A stretch of 64,000 nucleotides of DNA from Thecamonas trahens ATCC 50062 (lineage: Eukaryota; Protista; Apusomonadida). Shown piece after piece: positions 54,646-64,000 of this stretch (position 1 is the first letter of the stretch; each line of letters begins with the position of its first letter). Where the stretch lies: assembly GCF_000142905.1 (NCBI RefSeq), contig NW_013657662.1, positions 62,001 through 126,000 of the forward strand, given 5' to 3'. The position numbers and the translations under genes are program-made. The notes beneath the pieces were generated by a model. The model saw only the letters and a list, made by a program, of their open reading frames with translations, searched no databases and had not been told where the DNA came from.

Positions 54646-57558
54646 TTACCCCGAGTAAGATGCCGACGACGAGCCGGTGACATCGTAGATGGTAACCTGG
54701 CGGGTGAGGCTGTACTTGGCAGCGCCCCGCCGCGATGGAATGCGCTCAAAGACGATGAGGATCGAGTCTCCGGGGCTGAGCTCGTGGTGCAGCTGCTCAC
54801 GCTTAACTCGCTTGACTCGGGTGCGAACCTTACCAGCCCTCTTCTTGAGAGCGGCACGCCGTTTCTTGGCTTTGCGCTTCCCGATTTTCAGCCGGAGCCG
54901 GGCCTGGTCTGCAGCCGGGCCCTTGAGGGCGAGGAGCGACGGTGAGTCCGAGTTCGACTCGGAGGCTGACCACGAGGTTGGCGACGCAATGGACGATGCC
55001 GACTGTGAGGGCGCCGAGGATGACGGTTCGGGCGTCTCGCCGACAGCGCGGATACGCATGTTGGTCAGCTTGACCTCGAGCGTCTCGACGAGTGCTTTGG
55101 AGTCTTCGAGGTTGCGGACGACCATGACAAAGTAGTCGTTGTTCTTCCACTCGTAGCGGAACACATTGCCTGCACCCTGCTGGGCGTAGTTGATCTTGCG
55201 CCCGTGCTTGATGGCGAGCCGGCGGAGCTTGGACGAGCTGAGGGCTGACGCCAGGCGCGACGATGGCCCACGGGCCTTGGCTCGCTTCCGGGCCTTGCGC
55301 AGCCGCGCGATCTCGGCTGCTGCCGAGTCATGTTCGGACGACGACGACGAGCGCAGAGTGCGAGCGCCGGTACGGGCACGCCGGCCGCGACGGAGCTTCC
55401 GGCTCGGGGTGGCGCGCGACAATTCAAGGGCGCGGCGCGGCTTGGCACGTATAAGCGCCTTGGCTGCGCGCGCAAAGTCTGCACCCGCGGCTGGCACTTT
55501 GGCCTTTTTCCGGGCCTTGCGATCCTCAAGTTTGCTGGCCTTGATCTTGTACGCCGCCGGCTTGCGCTTGGCGACGCGCGGGAGCGGGACAAGCACAAGC
55601 CGCAGCTGCCCGCCGCGCGGCGAGAGGTGGACGCTGAACGAGTGGACGTGGCGCACGTTGGATCCGCGGCGGACCACTGTGAGCATGTCGGGCTCCTCGG
55701 CAACAGCATAGTTGGTCATGTCGAGCGAGACCTTGCCATGGATGGCGACCGAGCGCGACGGGTTGCTAAAGACAAGCGCTCGGCCAAGAGCGCCTGGCAG
55801 CGGCACGTCGTGGACAATGACATTGTGGCTGTTGCCCTTCAGCGTCCGCCCGTCCTTTGCGTGCGCCGCCAGGTGGGCGGCGACGGTAGGCGCGACGAGG
55901 CCGTGCCAGCCAAAGCTGTCGACGTCGCGGAGCTCGATTTCGGCGTCGATGGCTGGCGACGTGTAGAGCGCGAGCGTGACCGGGTTGGAGCTCGCCGAGT
56001 TTGTCATGGCAAGGAGCGCATATTGGCCGTACCCGGTGATGTCGTAGAGCGCGTCAGTGCGGCCGCGCGACGAGCTCCACTCGCCCCACGGCGAGCGGGC
56101 CTGCTCGAGCCATTCACCAGAGGCGAGATCGAGGACCACAAGATCGGCTGGTGAGCTCTTGGTTATGAGTGAGAGCCAAAGCGTGCCGGATGGGACGGAC
56201 CGGGTCTCGCTAGGCGCGAGGTGAATGTTGGGCCTGACGGTGATGAGCGCACCGACGGCATACATGTCCTCGCCAAGAACCCGCTGGTTCGTAGTGGCTA
56301 GCGAGGTGAGACTCCACTTGGGCGCAGCAAAGCTGGCGGTGACAGAGTCAAAGACCTTGACAAAGTCGTCGATGGCCATCCACAGCGCACAGCCGTCGTC
56401 GTTCCATGAGCCAGCAGTGAGTTGCGACTCGGACTCGATGGAGGCAGACTCAGAGGCCGATTCGGCCGCGCCATGGGCGGCGCGAGCGAGCTGGTCCTCG
56501 AGCCGCGATGACCAAAACGCCCAGTCTGGCGACCATGCGCCGGTCCACGACGCGGCGCCGTCGGGGTTGGCAAGCAGAACGAGAGGTGTGGCCTTGCGGG
56601 AGCCCGGGCGGGTGATTCGAGCCGTACGCAGGACGGTGTACCGCGACGAGGCAACGAGGCCGCGGGTTGGGTGCTTAACAAAGGCAGTGAGTGGTACATG
56701 GGCGTCGGACATGAGGGCGAGGGCGGCGAAGACTGCGTGCGGCGCGAGGCCAGCGCCCAACGCGAGCGACTTGGCCGGCGCACCGGTGAGGACCGGCCAG
56801 ATCTCGAGCGGCGACGCGATGGCCATGGCGGCATACGAGCCCATGGCCTTGGCAACCATCTTTTCAAAGACCAGCGCCCACGAGCCCGGTGGGCGGCGCG
56901 AGGCCCGGCCGAGCACAGTGTTGACCCCGAGCGGGATGTTGGTGCTCGAGCGGACAACGACCGGGAACCAGCTGTCAACGCCGAGGCTGCGGGCCATGCC
57001 GCCGACGGCGAGCTGGCCGTAGACTCGGCCATCGGCAAAAGAGGCGTCGTGCTCGACGACGCTCTGCAGCAGCGCTGGAGAGGCAGCCGCGGTAGCTTGC
57101 AGGACTGCAGCCATGCCGTCGCACGGAAGCAGCGAGCGCGGCTTTCGGCGGCGGCTCATGCTAGTCAGCTGAACATGGGCAGGATGTGGCGCCCGTGGAA
57201 AGACCTCCATATCGGCGCGGCCGATCTGACGCCACTCCACCCGAGATGCCTTTTGCCATGCCCCGAGGATGCCGAGTGCAGCCGAGCCGTGGGCAAACTC
57301 GTCGTCTTCCCATGAGCACTGCAGCGACGATCCGAGATCCGACTCGGATCGGGAGCCCCCCCGTGACCTCTCCGCAACACGTGTGGCCCCAGCTGTAGTC
57401 TGCCTGCCGATGTTGACATGTCCTTTGCCCACAGCCCTTCGCCTCGTTCTGCCAGAGTCCGAGTCGAAGTCGGAGGAGTACGGCGAACGCGAGTCGGAGG
57501 AGCACGACGACGAGGACTGTGTCGAGGACGACGTCGCTCTGCGCTTCTTCCTCGACAT
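54646..57558 (-). CDS. Calpain-like (CysPc) protein, probably catalytically inactive
   Basis: WALVFEKMVAKAMGSYAAM, LTGAP, GLVASSRYTVL, LLANPDG...WTGAWS and WMAIDDFVKVF. The catalytic Cys and His motifs are degenerate. Confidence 0.75.
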   Translation of the reverse strand: MSRKKRRATSSSTQSSSSCSSDSRSPYSSDFDSDSGRTRRRAVGKGHVNIGRQTTAGATRVAERSRGGSRSESDLGSSLQCSWEDDEFAHGSAALGILGAWQKASRVEWRQIGRADMEVFPRAPHPAHVQLTSMSRRRKPRSLLPCDGMAAVLQATAAASPALLQSVVEHDASFADGRVYGQLAVGGMARSLGVDSWFPVVVRSSTNIPLGVNTVLGRASRRPPGSWALVFEKMVAKAMGSYAAMAIASPLEIWPVLTGAPAKSLALGAGLAPHAVFAALALMSDAHVPLTAFVKHPTRGLVASSRYTVLRTARITRPGSRKATPLVLLANPDGAASWTGAWSPDWAFWSSRLEDQLARAAHGAAESASESASIESESQLTAGSWNDDGCALWMAIDDFVKVFDSVTASFAAPKWSLTSLATTNQRVLGEDMYAVGALITVRPNIHLAPSETRSVPSGTLWLSLITKSSPADLVVLDLASGEWLEQARSPWGEWSSSRGRTDALYDITGYGQYALLAMTNSASSNPVTLALYTSPAIDAEIELRDVDSFGWHGLVAPTVAAHLAAHAKDGRTLKGNSHNVIVHDVPLPGALGRALVFSNPSRSVAIHGKVSLDMTNYAVAEEPDMLTVVRRGSNVRHVHSFSVHLSPRGGQLRLVLVPLPRVAKRKPAAYKIKASKLEDRKARKKAKVPAAGADFARAAKALIRAKPRRALELSRATPSRKLRRGRRARTGARTLRSSSSSEHDSAAAEIARLRKARKRAKARGPSSRLASALSSSKLRRLAIKHGRKINYAQQGAGNVFRYEWKNNDYFVMVVRNLEDSKALVETLEVKLTNMRIRAVGETPEPSSSAPSQSASSIASPTSWSASESNSDSPSLLALKGPAADQARLRLKIGKRKAKKRRAALKKRAGKVRTRVKRVKREQLHHELSPGDSILIVFERIPSRRGAAKYSLTRQVTIYDVTGSSSASYSG

Positions 57559-58065
57559 ACGCCAGGCGTGCCGGTGAGCTCGCGAGCAGGCAGTCGAGTC
57601 TACTGACTAGTGGTAGTGTGCCAGTGGCCTAGGGCGAGTCGGCCGCGCCTTGACACCATTGCTCTGCCCGAGAGCAGCCAAAGACTACGATCTTCCAGTG
57701 CCGGCGGTGCGATACTTGCCACGCACTTGGATCCTCCCACGATGCTACTGCTGTTGTGCATGGTGCTCGCAGCAGGCCGTACCCTGTCTCTCAAGCCGCT
57801 CACCAACCATGGGGAGCCACAAAACCGTCTGCATCAGTCCAAGGCCAACCAGCCTCCAATCATTTTGTTCGTTGGCCTCAACTGTTCCCTGGAGCCAAAA
57901 GGATGGTTTGGTTTGGCTCACGATGATCATGGTATTTGCCATGAACAGAGTGATCGGTACAAACGTGCTCCTCTTGACAGACCTCCTCCTTGCTCGTCGA
58001 CCTGCGGGTGAGTACGGACGACACACAACTCTCCGAAGCGGAGCAAGCGGAGAGAAAGTTAGAAG

Positions 58066-60928
58066 AGTATGTTACCGAATAAGTAGAGTGTACCTCATCC
58101 TCTCTATGCGCATGACCTTGACTATGGGCCTTCCGGCGAGTAGCGAGCTGGCCTTTGCCAATATTTGCGACTTCCAACGGACTTCAGCAGACAGAGCTCG
58201 TCAAGGGGCACGAGCGAGGCCTTGGCGAGGTGTGCCTGCCGAGAGAAGAGGGAACATACATGGGTGTACAGAATCACTGGAGGAGCGAACCATATGTGTG
58301 TGTGGATGTGTGCGTGTGTGTGGTTGGATTACTTCTGCCGCTGCAGTGGGGGGTGGGGCGTCAAAAGACAAGCCGAGCAACGAGCCGAGCGAGACGCCAG
58401 AGTCGCAGTCGGATGTGCGTGGGAGCGGAAAGAGCAAGAGCAAGAGCAAGAGCAAGAGCAAGGGCAAGGAGTCTGTGAAGAGCTCGATCAAGACAGGCAA
58501 GAGCAAGGGCAAGGGCAAGGGCAAAGGAAAGGGCAAGGGCGGCAGTGGAGGCAAGAAGAAGGAGGACGACTACAAGCTCGAGACTTTTGTGCACGAGGAC
58601 GGGACGACTTATCAGGTGTGCGTGGCGCGTGGTGGGGATCGGTACTACCTGGACCCGGCCAAGGACGACTGGGAGCCGTTCCCGAAGGAGTGGCTCAAGC
58701 GTGGCAAGTTCCAAGAGTTCCAAAAGGTGGTGTTTGTGACGTGGACCGATGTGGCGACAGGCATGGAGTATCTGACGTTTGAGGACTCGGGCGTGCGGTA
58801 CTACTGCGACTTTCAGCTTGGCGAGTGGGTTCAGTTCCCGGAAGAGTGGGAGGATGCGCGGAAGGGCACGTTTGGCGGCGAGGTTGATCCGGACGAGTGG
58901 GCACAGAAGCATGAGCCGTCGGCGGTCGGCGGCTCGCAGTCTGTTGAGGCGCAGGTCTCGACGTACGAGGCGCCCACGGGCGAGGTATACACCACGTACA
59001 TGGGCGAGGAGGTGACCCAAGTGTGGTACTACCTCGACGATGCTGAGCTCAAGTGGAAAAAGATGCCGCCGTCATGGGTTCGCGACATGAAGGAGAAGGC
59101 CGGCATTCCGCTCGAAGAGCACGAGCAGCAGATGCTGGGTGGGGCGGTGGAACAGGGCGACGCGGTGGAGCAGCTCGAGAAGGAGGTCCGCAACCTCAAG
59201 ACCAAGCTCAAGCTCGCCCAGAAGCGTGCCAAGCGGGTGAAGGAGGTCGAGACCATCCGCGACACGCTCAAGGAGGAGCACGACCGGACCGAGACCAAGT
59301 TTGAGGAGATCATGGCCTCAAACCGGCAGCTGTCCAAGGAGAAGCTCGACCTTAAGAAGAAGGTCCGTGAGCTGACCAAGAACAACCGCCGGCTCAAGAA
59401 GGACCTCGACGACGCGGCCAAGAACGTCAAGATCGAATCCAAGCTCCGGGCATCGGCCGATACCGAGGAGCTGCTAGAGCGCAAGGATGCCGAGATTGCC
59501 AAGCTCAAGGCCAAGAACGCTGAGATGTCGTCGGCGCTCAACGCGTACTCGGAGGCACAGAACTCGGTCCGTGTTGTCGGCTCGGCCATCGGCTCGCTCG
59601 ACGACCAGGTCGATGCCCTTCGCAAGGAGGCCAAGGCGCTCCGTAAGGCGCTCATCGAGCAGCAGCAAGAGTTTGTGGCCATCATGGCCGACATCTCGTC
59701 GGCGCTCGATGCCAAGCTGGAGGACACCACCCGCGCCATCCAGGAGTATCAGTCCAAGTACCGGGCCGAGTCGCTCAAGCGGAAGCTCCTCTACAACCAG
59801 CTGCAGGAGCTCCGCGGCAACATTCGCGTCTACTGCCGTGCCCGTGGCCTCCTTCCCAAGGAGGTCCAGGCCGGCTTCCGCGAGTGCACCAGCTTCCCCG
59901 GCGAGGGCGAGGTCTCCATCACTTCGGACGACGGCAAGGTTAAGGCCTTTGAGTTTGACTCGGTCTTTGGACCGGGGGCGACCCAGGACGAGGTCTTTGA
60001 GGACATGGAGCCGCTTATCCTCTCGGCCATCGACGGCTACAACGTTTGCGTCTTTGCCTACGGCCAGACCGGTGCTGGTAAGACCTTTACCATGATGGGC
60101 CCCAAGAACAACCGCGGTGTCAACTTCCGCGCCCTTGACAAGCTCTTCCGCTCCACCGATTCGGACTCGGACGCAGACTATGAGATCCTCGTCTCGTACC
60201 TCGAGATCTACAACGAGGAGATTCGTGACCTGCTCAACCCGCAGCAGTCCGAAAAGGGCTGGGGCAAGTCGGGCTCGTCGTCCAAGAAGCTCGACATCCG
60301 CCGTGGCCCGCACGGTATGGAAGTGCCGGACATCACCCTCGAACCCGTCGCCTCGACCCAAGACGTCATGGCCATCATGGCCAAGGGCGACAAGGCACGG
60401 TCAGTCACGGCCACGGCCATGAACGACGTCTCGTCGCGCTCGCACTCGATCATGCAGGTCCGCATCACCTCGACGAACCGCATCTCGGGCGCAAAGGCCT
60501 TTGGCAAGCTCACACTCGTCGATCTTGCCGGTTCAGAGCGCGTCGGCAAGTCCAAGGCCACCGGCCAGGCCCTTGCTGAGGCCGCCGCCATCAACAAGTC
60601 GCTCTCTGCCCTCGGCAACTGCATTTCCGCCATCTCCTCCGGCAAACCGCACGTGCCCTACCGCGACTCTAAGCTCACCTACCTGCTGCAGGATTCGATC
60701 GGCGGTGACTCTAAGACCCTCCTCTTTGCCAACATCAATCCGGCCTCGGAGCACTTTACCGAGACCGTCTGCACCCTCCAGTTTGCCACACGCGTCCGCT
60801 CTGTCGTCCTCGGCCCGGCCTCCAGGAACTCCACAGGCAGCGGGCCGAAGGTCCGCGGTGCTGGTGGCCTCGTCCCGAAGCTCCCCGATGGACGTGCTGT
60901 CTCGGTCTCGATGCCGCCCAAGGCCTAG
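58066..60928 (+). CDS. Kinesin-14 (KIFC3-like) C-terminal motor; predicted start codon split by intron 58067-58346
   Basis: Neck RKLLYNQLQELRGNIRVYCR, DGYNVCVFAYGQTGAGKTFTM, SSRSH, LVDLAGSER and HVPYRDSKLTYLLQDS, with an upstream coiled coil. A|GTATGT...CTGCAG|TG GGG gives MGGGASK. Confidence 0.85.
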
Positions 60929-61599
60929 CGCCTAGCTACAGAGTAACACGGAGAATCTTGTCTCGTCTATCACCTTTATGGCCGTGGCCCGATGGCCTGC
61001 TGCGCTCCGCTCCGCCTCGCCGCCGCTGCTCTCGACACCGAGACAGTAGATTTGACCTGCCCACTGCACACCTCACCCTCTCCCCCGCCCTCCTCCCTCC
61101 CCTCCACCCCTCCACCCCCCTACCAGGTATGTCCACCCCCCCCACTCAGCCCAACCACCCCCTTTCCCTACCCCACCCCCACCCCCCGCTCCGCTACACC
61201 CCCGTGTAGCAGTGACTGTCCCCAGCCCGCCAAAAAGGGCGCCAATGGCCATTTCGACAACCTCCAGCAGCCCCCCCCCCCCCCCCCCCCTCCGCACCAC
61301 CCATGCACCCCCCTCCCCTGGACCACTGCATGCCCCCTTTCCATCCCCCCCCCTCCCCTACCCCTTCCTCATCTCCCCTCCCCTCCCTCCATCGCCACCA
61401 CCCTCACCGTCACCCCACCTTCCCCCCTTCCCCCCCCTCCTCCCCCTCCCCACACAATGCGTCTCGCTGTCACTCGGCGGCAAACCCCCGCCGGGTGTTT
61501 GTGCTTTCTACTGGCATTTGGGCGCCAACGCAAACATGGCCCCGCCCCACAACGCAGGCTCTCCTGAATACCTCCTTCCATACACAACAAGTCAGCTCG

Positions 61600-62968
61600 A
61601 TGTCGCGTGGAAAGAAGGCTACCGCCTCGACTCGTGCCGTCAAGAAGAATGCCACTGGTGGCCATTCTGGACAGGCCACGCCCGTGGGCTCGGCAGCGTC
61701 AAAGTCGGCCAAGAGCTCAAAGTCAAAGTCGTCGACGAGCAAGCCATCAAGCAGGCCGACGTCGGCCGCAGGCAAGTCGTCCGAGTCGCGCAAGGAAAAG
61801 TCGCTGGGTAAGCTTTGCTCGCGTTTTGTCTCGATGTGCGAGGAGCTCGACTCGGACATCGTCGAGCTGCTTGAGGCGACCAAGACGCTGGGTGTCGAGC
61901 GCCGGCGCATCTACGACGTTGTCAATGTACTCGAGGCCCTGACCGTCATTGAGCGACTCGGCAAGGCACAGTACTACTTTCACGGCATGTCCGCCCTCCG
62001 CGGCCTTGTCGAGCGGCTCAAGATCGAGATCAACGCCGGGTACTGGGTTGGCATCGTCCCGCCGGCCCTCCGCCCACCGCCTGGGCCTTCGGGTAAGCAG
62101 GCCGAGCCGCGCAAGCTCCGCCTCCTCTCGCAGCTCACCCGCCAGTTCCTCAAGTTTGTTGTTGCCTCCTCGGACCATTCCATCAGGCTCGAGGCCGCCG
62201 CCGATCAGCTGCTCCGGATGGAGGGCTGCGACGAGACCATGGCGCGCGAGCGCCGCAATAAGCTCCGCCGTATGTACGACATTGCCAACGTGCTCGAAGC
62301 TCTTGGCCTCGTCAAGAAATCGTTCCGCGGCGGCTCCTCGGCCCGCAAGATGTACACTTGGGCCTCGTTTGAACTCGCCGACATTGGCCCTCCCCTCGAC
62401 ATCGACGCCGGCCTGGCCGCGGTCATCGAGGGTGTGGCCGGCGCCGCCCGCATGCCGCCGTCCGCCACCCTCCCCAAGATCTCGCCGGCGCTCCGCGGCG
62501 TCACCCCGCGTTCGCGCTCTGCGCGCGAAAACACCTCGTTTGTGCCTATCGGCGGCACTCCGCCGGTCACCTCGCCGTCCTCGCCCTCGCTGCCAGAGGT
62601 CGAAACTGGCTCGACCATGTCGTACCATGCCCTGCTCTCGCTCATGGGCTCCAAGTCAGCACCGGCAGCCACCGAGTCGCAACCTCCACAGGCCGGCGGC
62701 ATCAACCCCGGCCCCAGCCTCGCGCGTACTCTCGAGTCGGCGCACTACCTCGCCCGCGTCATGCGCGTTATGAACGCCGCCTCGCTCGAGGTTCCCGCCA
62801 TGCTTAAGACCTACGTCGACCGAGTCCTCGACGCCCAGACCGAGCTGAACATGGCGTGCGTCGAGCCGTTCTCCGTCCCGGTCCCGGTCCCGAACACGCT
62901 GTCCACTGCTGCGCCGACACCTGCGCCTGCGCCTGCACCTGCACCTGCACCTGCACCTGCTGCCGCAT

Positions 62969-62999
<31 letters not shown>

Positions 63000-63636
63000 T
63001 GTATCTGGTACTCCGCCAGCCTCGCAGCCGACCAAGGTCATCGTTGCAGCTGGCACCCCGGCGGCCCGCCGCCCGGCGGCGCAGGTGGCGGCCTCGTCAT
63101 CCTCGGCCTTTTCTCCGTTTACCAACTCTGCGCCGGAAGCTGCGTCCGCCCCCACAACCGCTCCGCGCCGCGTTGCCCGCTCCTTGGACACCACGCCCGC
63201 CAACGAGCCATCGCCAGCCGTCGCTCCGGCGGTGGCGACCGCGCCCACCTCGCCAGCAGCGACCGCAGTTCCTGCGGCCTCGCCGGCGGCGCGGTCGGCG
63301 TCCGCCACGCCCTCGCGCAAGCGCCCGCGTTCGGCCCAGGCGACAGTCGCCAGCGAAGGCGCCGGCTCGCCGCACGACCTGCTCCCCGGCTCGCCGCATA
63401 CACCACCCAACAAGCGCCAGCGGATGCTCGAGGCGCCTGCATTTACCAGCAGCCCCTCATCGTACGAGGCCGGCACTGGCCCACAGGCCTTCCGCTCACC
63501 CACCGCCGCCGGATCGACCACCCCGCGGAGCCTCTCCTTCTCGCGCGTCGACGTCCTCACCACCACACCTGTCAAGCCGCACGACCCGTCCATCTTTGAC
63601 GAAGTCGAGGTCCTCGAGGTTGCCTTTGATCCGTAG
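61600..63636 (+). CDS. Atypical E2F (E2F7/8 / DEL-like) transcription factor with two DNA-binding domains
   Basis: RKEKSLGKLCSRF...LGVERRRIYDVVNVLEAL and a second domain LSQLTRQF...KLRRMYDIANVLEALGLVKK. Confidence 0.88.
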
Positions 63637-63672
63637 CCGCTGCTAAATACCGGCTGTAATCTGCCCCCCGCC

Positions 63673-64000
63673 TCACCGGCCGCCAGCACCGCTCTCCGAG
63701 CCGGCAAAGCCCTTAGCCACCAGGAACATCTCCCTGCTCTCGGACCGTGACGCCTTGGGCTTGACCAGCACCACCTTGGCAAACAACTCGCGCGCCTCGT
63801 CCAGCGCCGCGCGTTCCATCCCGTTGCGGAAGATCTTGGCCACCATGCTGCCGCCACGAACAAGGACCGCATCAGCGAGCGCCAGCGCCGCCTCGAACAG
63901 AGCCTCGGCTCGGGCCCGATCCGTTCCGCGATGCCCGGTTGCCGCCGGCGCCATGTCCGATGCCACCACGTCAAAGACACCCAGCTCGTCCAGCTCGAGC
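63673..64000 (-). CDS. 3' part of an FtsJ/RlmE (MRM2)-like rRNA 2'-O-methyltransferase; 5'-partial
   Basis: FDVVASDMAP..TG, GGSMVAKIF and KPKASRSESREMFLVAKGF. Confidence 0.88.
   Translation of the reverse strand, partial: LELDELGVFDVVASDMAPAATGHRGTDRARAEALFEAALALADAVLVRGGSMVAKIFRNGMERAALDEARELFAKVVLVKPKASRSESREMFLVAKGFAGSESGAGGR

Noticed and set aside
57650-58346. First ~230 aa of the 1092-aa kinesin-14 ORF
   Set aside because: Codon use is atypical and the region contains splice donors and a GT microsatellite, so it is probably UTR or intron.
60929-61599. Pro-rich ORFs and the 5' extension of the E2F ORF
   Set aside because: They are translations of C-rich non-coding tracts with a splice donor at ~61127, likely 5' UTR or intron.
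1034-63980. Many long antisense or alternate-frame ORFs (for example 49792-51753 +, 15058-16776 -, 43845-45404 +, 62811-63980 -)
   Set aside because: They are shadow ORFs expected in high-GC coding DNA. They are S/R/A-rich, motif-free and overlap well-supported genes.
1-64000. tRNA, rRNA, snRNA genes or transposons
   Set aside because: I found no convincing signatures by eye. tRNAscan-SE and Infernal would be needed to exclude them.

Overview
Gene-dense, GC-rich eukaryotic genomic DNA with short GT-AG spliceosomal introns, long G/C homopolymer tracts in introns and promoter regions, and two 100-N assembly gaps. Gene content and style suggest a free-living protist close to opisthokonts, such as an apusomonad like Thecamonas; this is inference only. 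About 25 protein genes are supported, in order: PCF11 3' end, kinesin-1, USP48-like DUB, a small protein with a GLEBS-like motif, RecQ, ESF1, an ankyrin-Sec8/EXOC4 fusion, AnmK, DRG1, a TRPV-like channel, ZFAND2, an FN3+UBR-box protein, RPL41 (missed by the ORF track), a PDE9-like phosphodiesterase fused to a cNMP-binding domain, a syntaxin-N/MORN/VPS9 protein, EFCAB11-like, CLK/LAMMER kinase, MINDY DUB, an LRR protein, Kdo transferase KdtA/WaaA, a ~2,350-aa protein with 19 copies of an unrecognised ~40-aa repeat plus a RABGAP1/kinesin-3-type DUF3694 domain, NDUFB8, a catalytically dead calpain-like protein, a probably myristoylated kinesin-14, an E2F7/8-like factor, and the MRM2/RlmE 3' end. 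Five genes carry frameshifts that, where they can be located, are all repaired by adding one base to a homopolymer, so they are probably sequencing errors. The most notable items are the novel repeat protein, two bacterial cell-envelope enzymes (KdtA, AnmK) among eukaryotic genes, several unusual domain fusions, a start codon split by an intron that creates a myristoylation motif, and nine convergent gene pairs whose stop codons lie 6-59 bp apart. I saw no rRNA, tRNA, CRISPR array or transposon.
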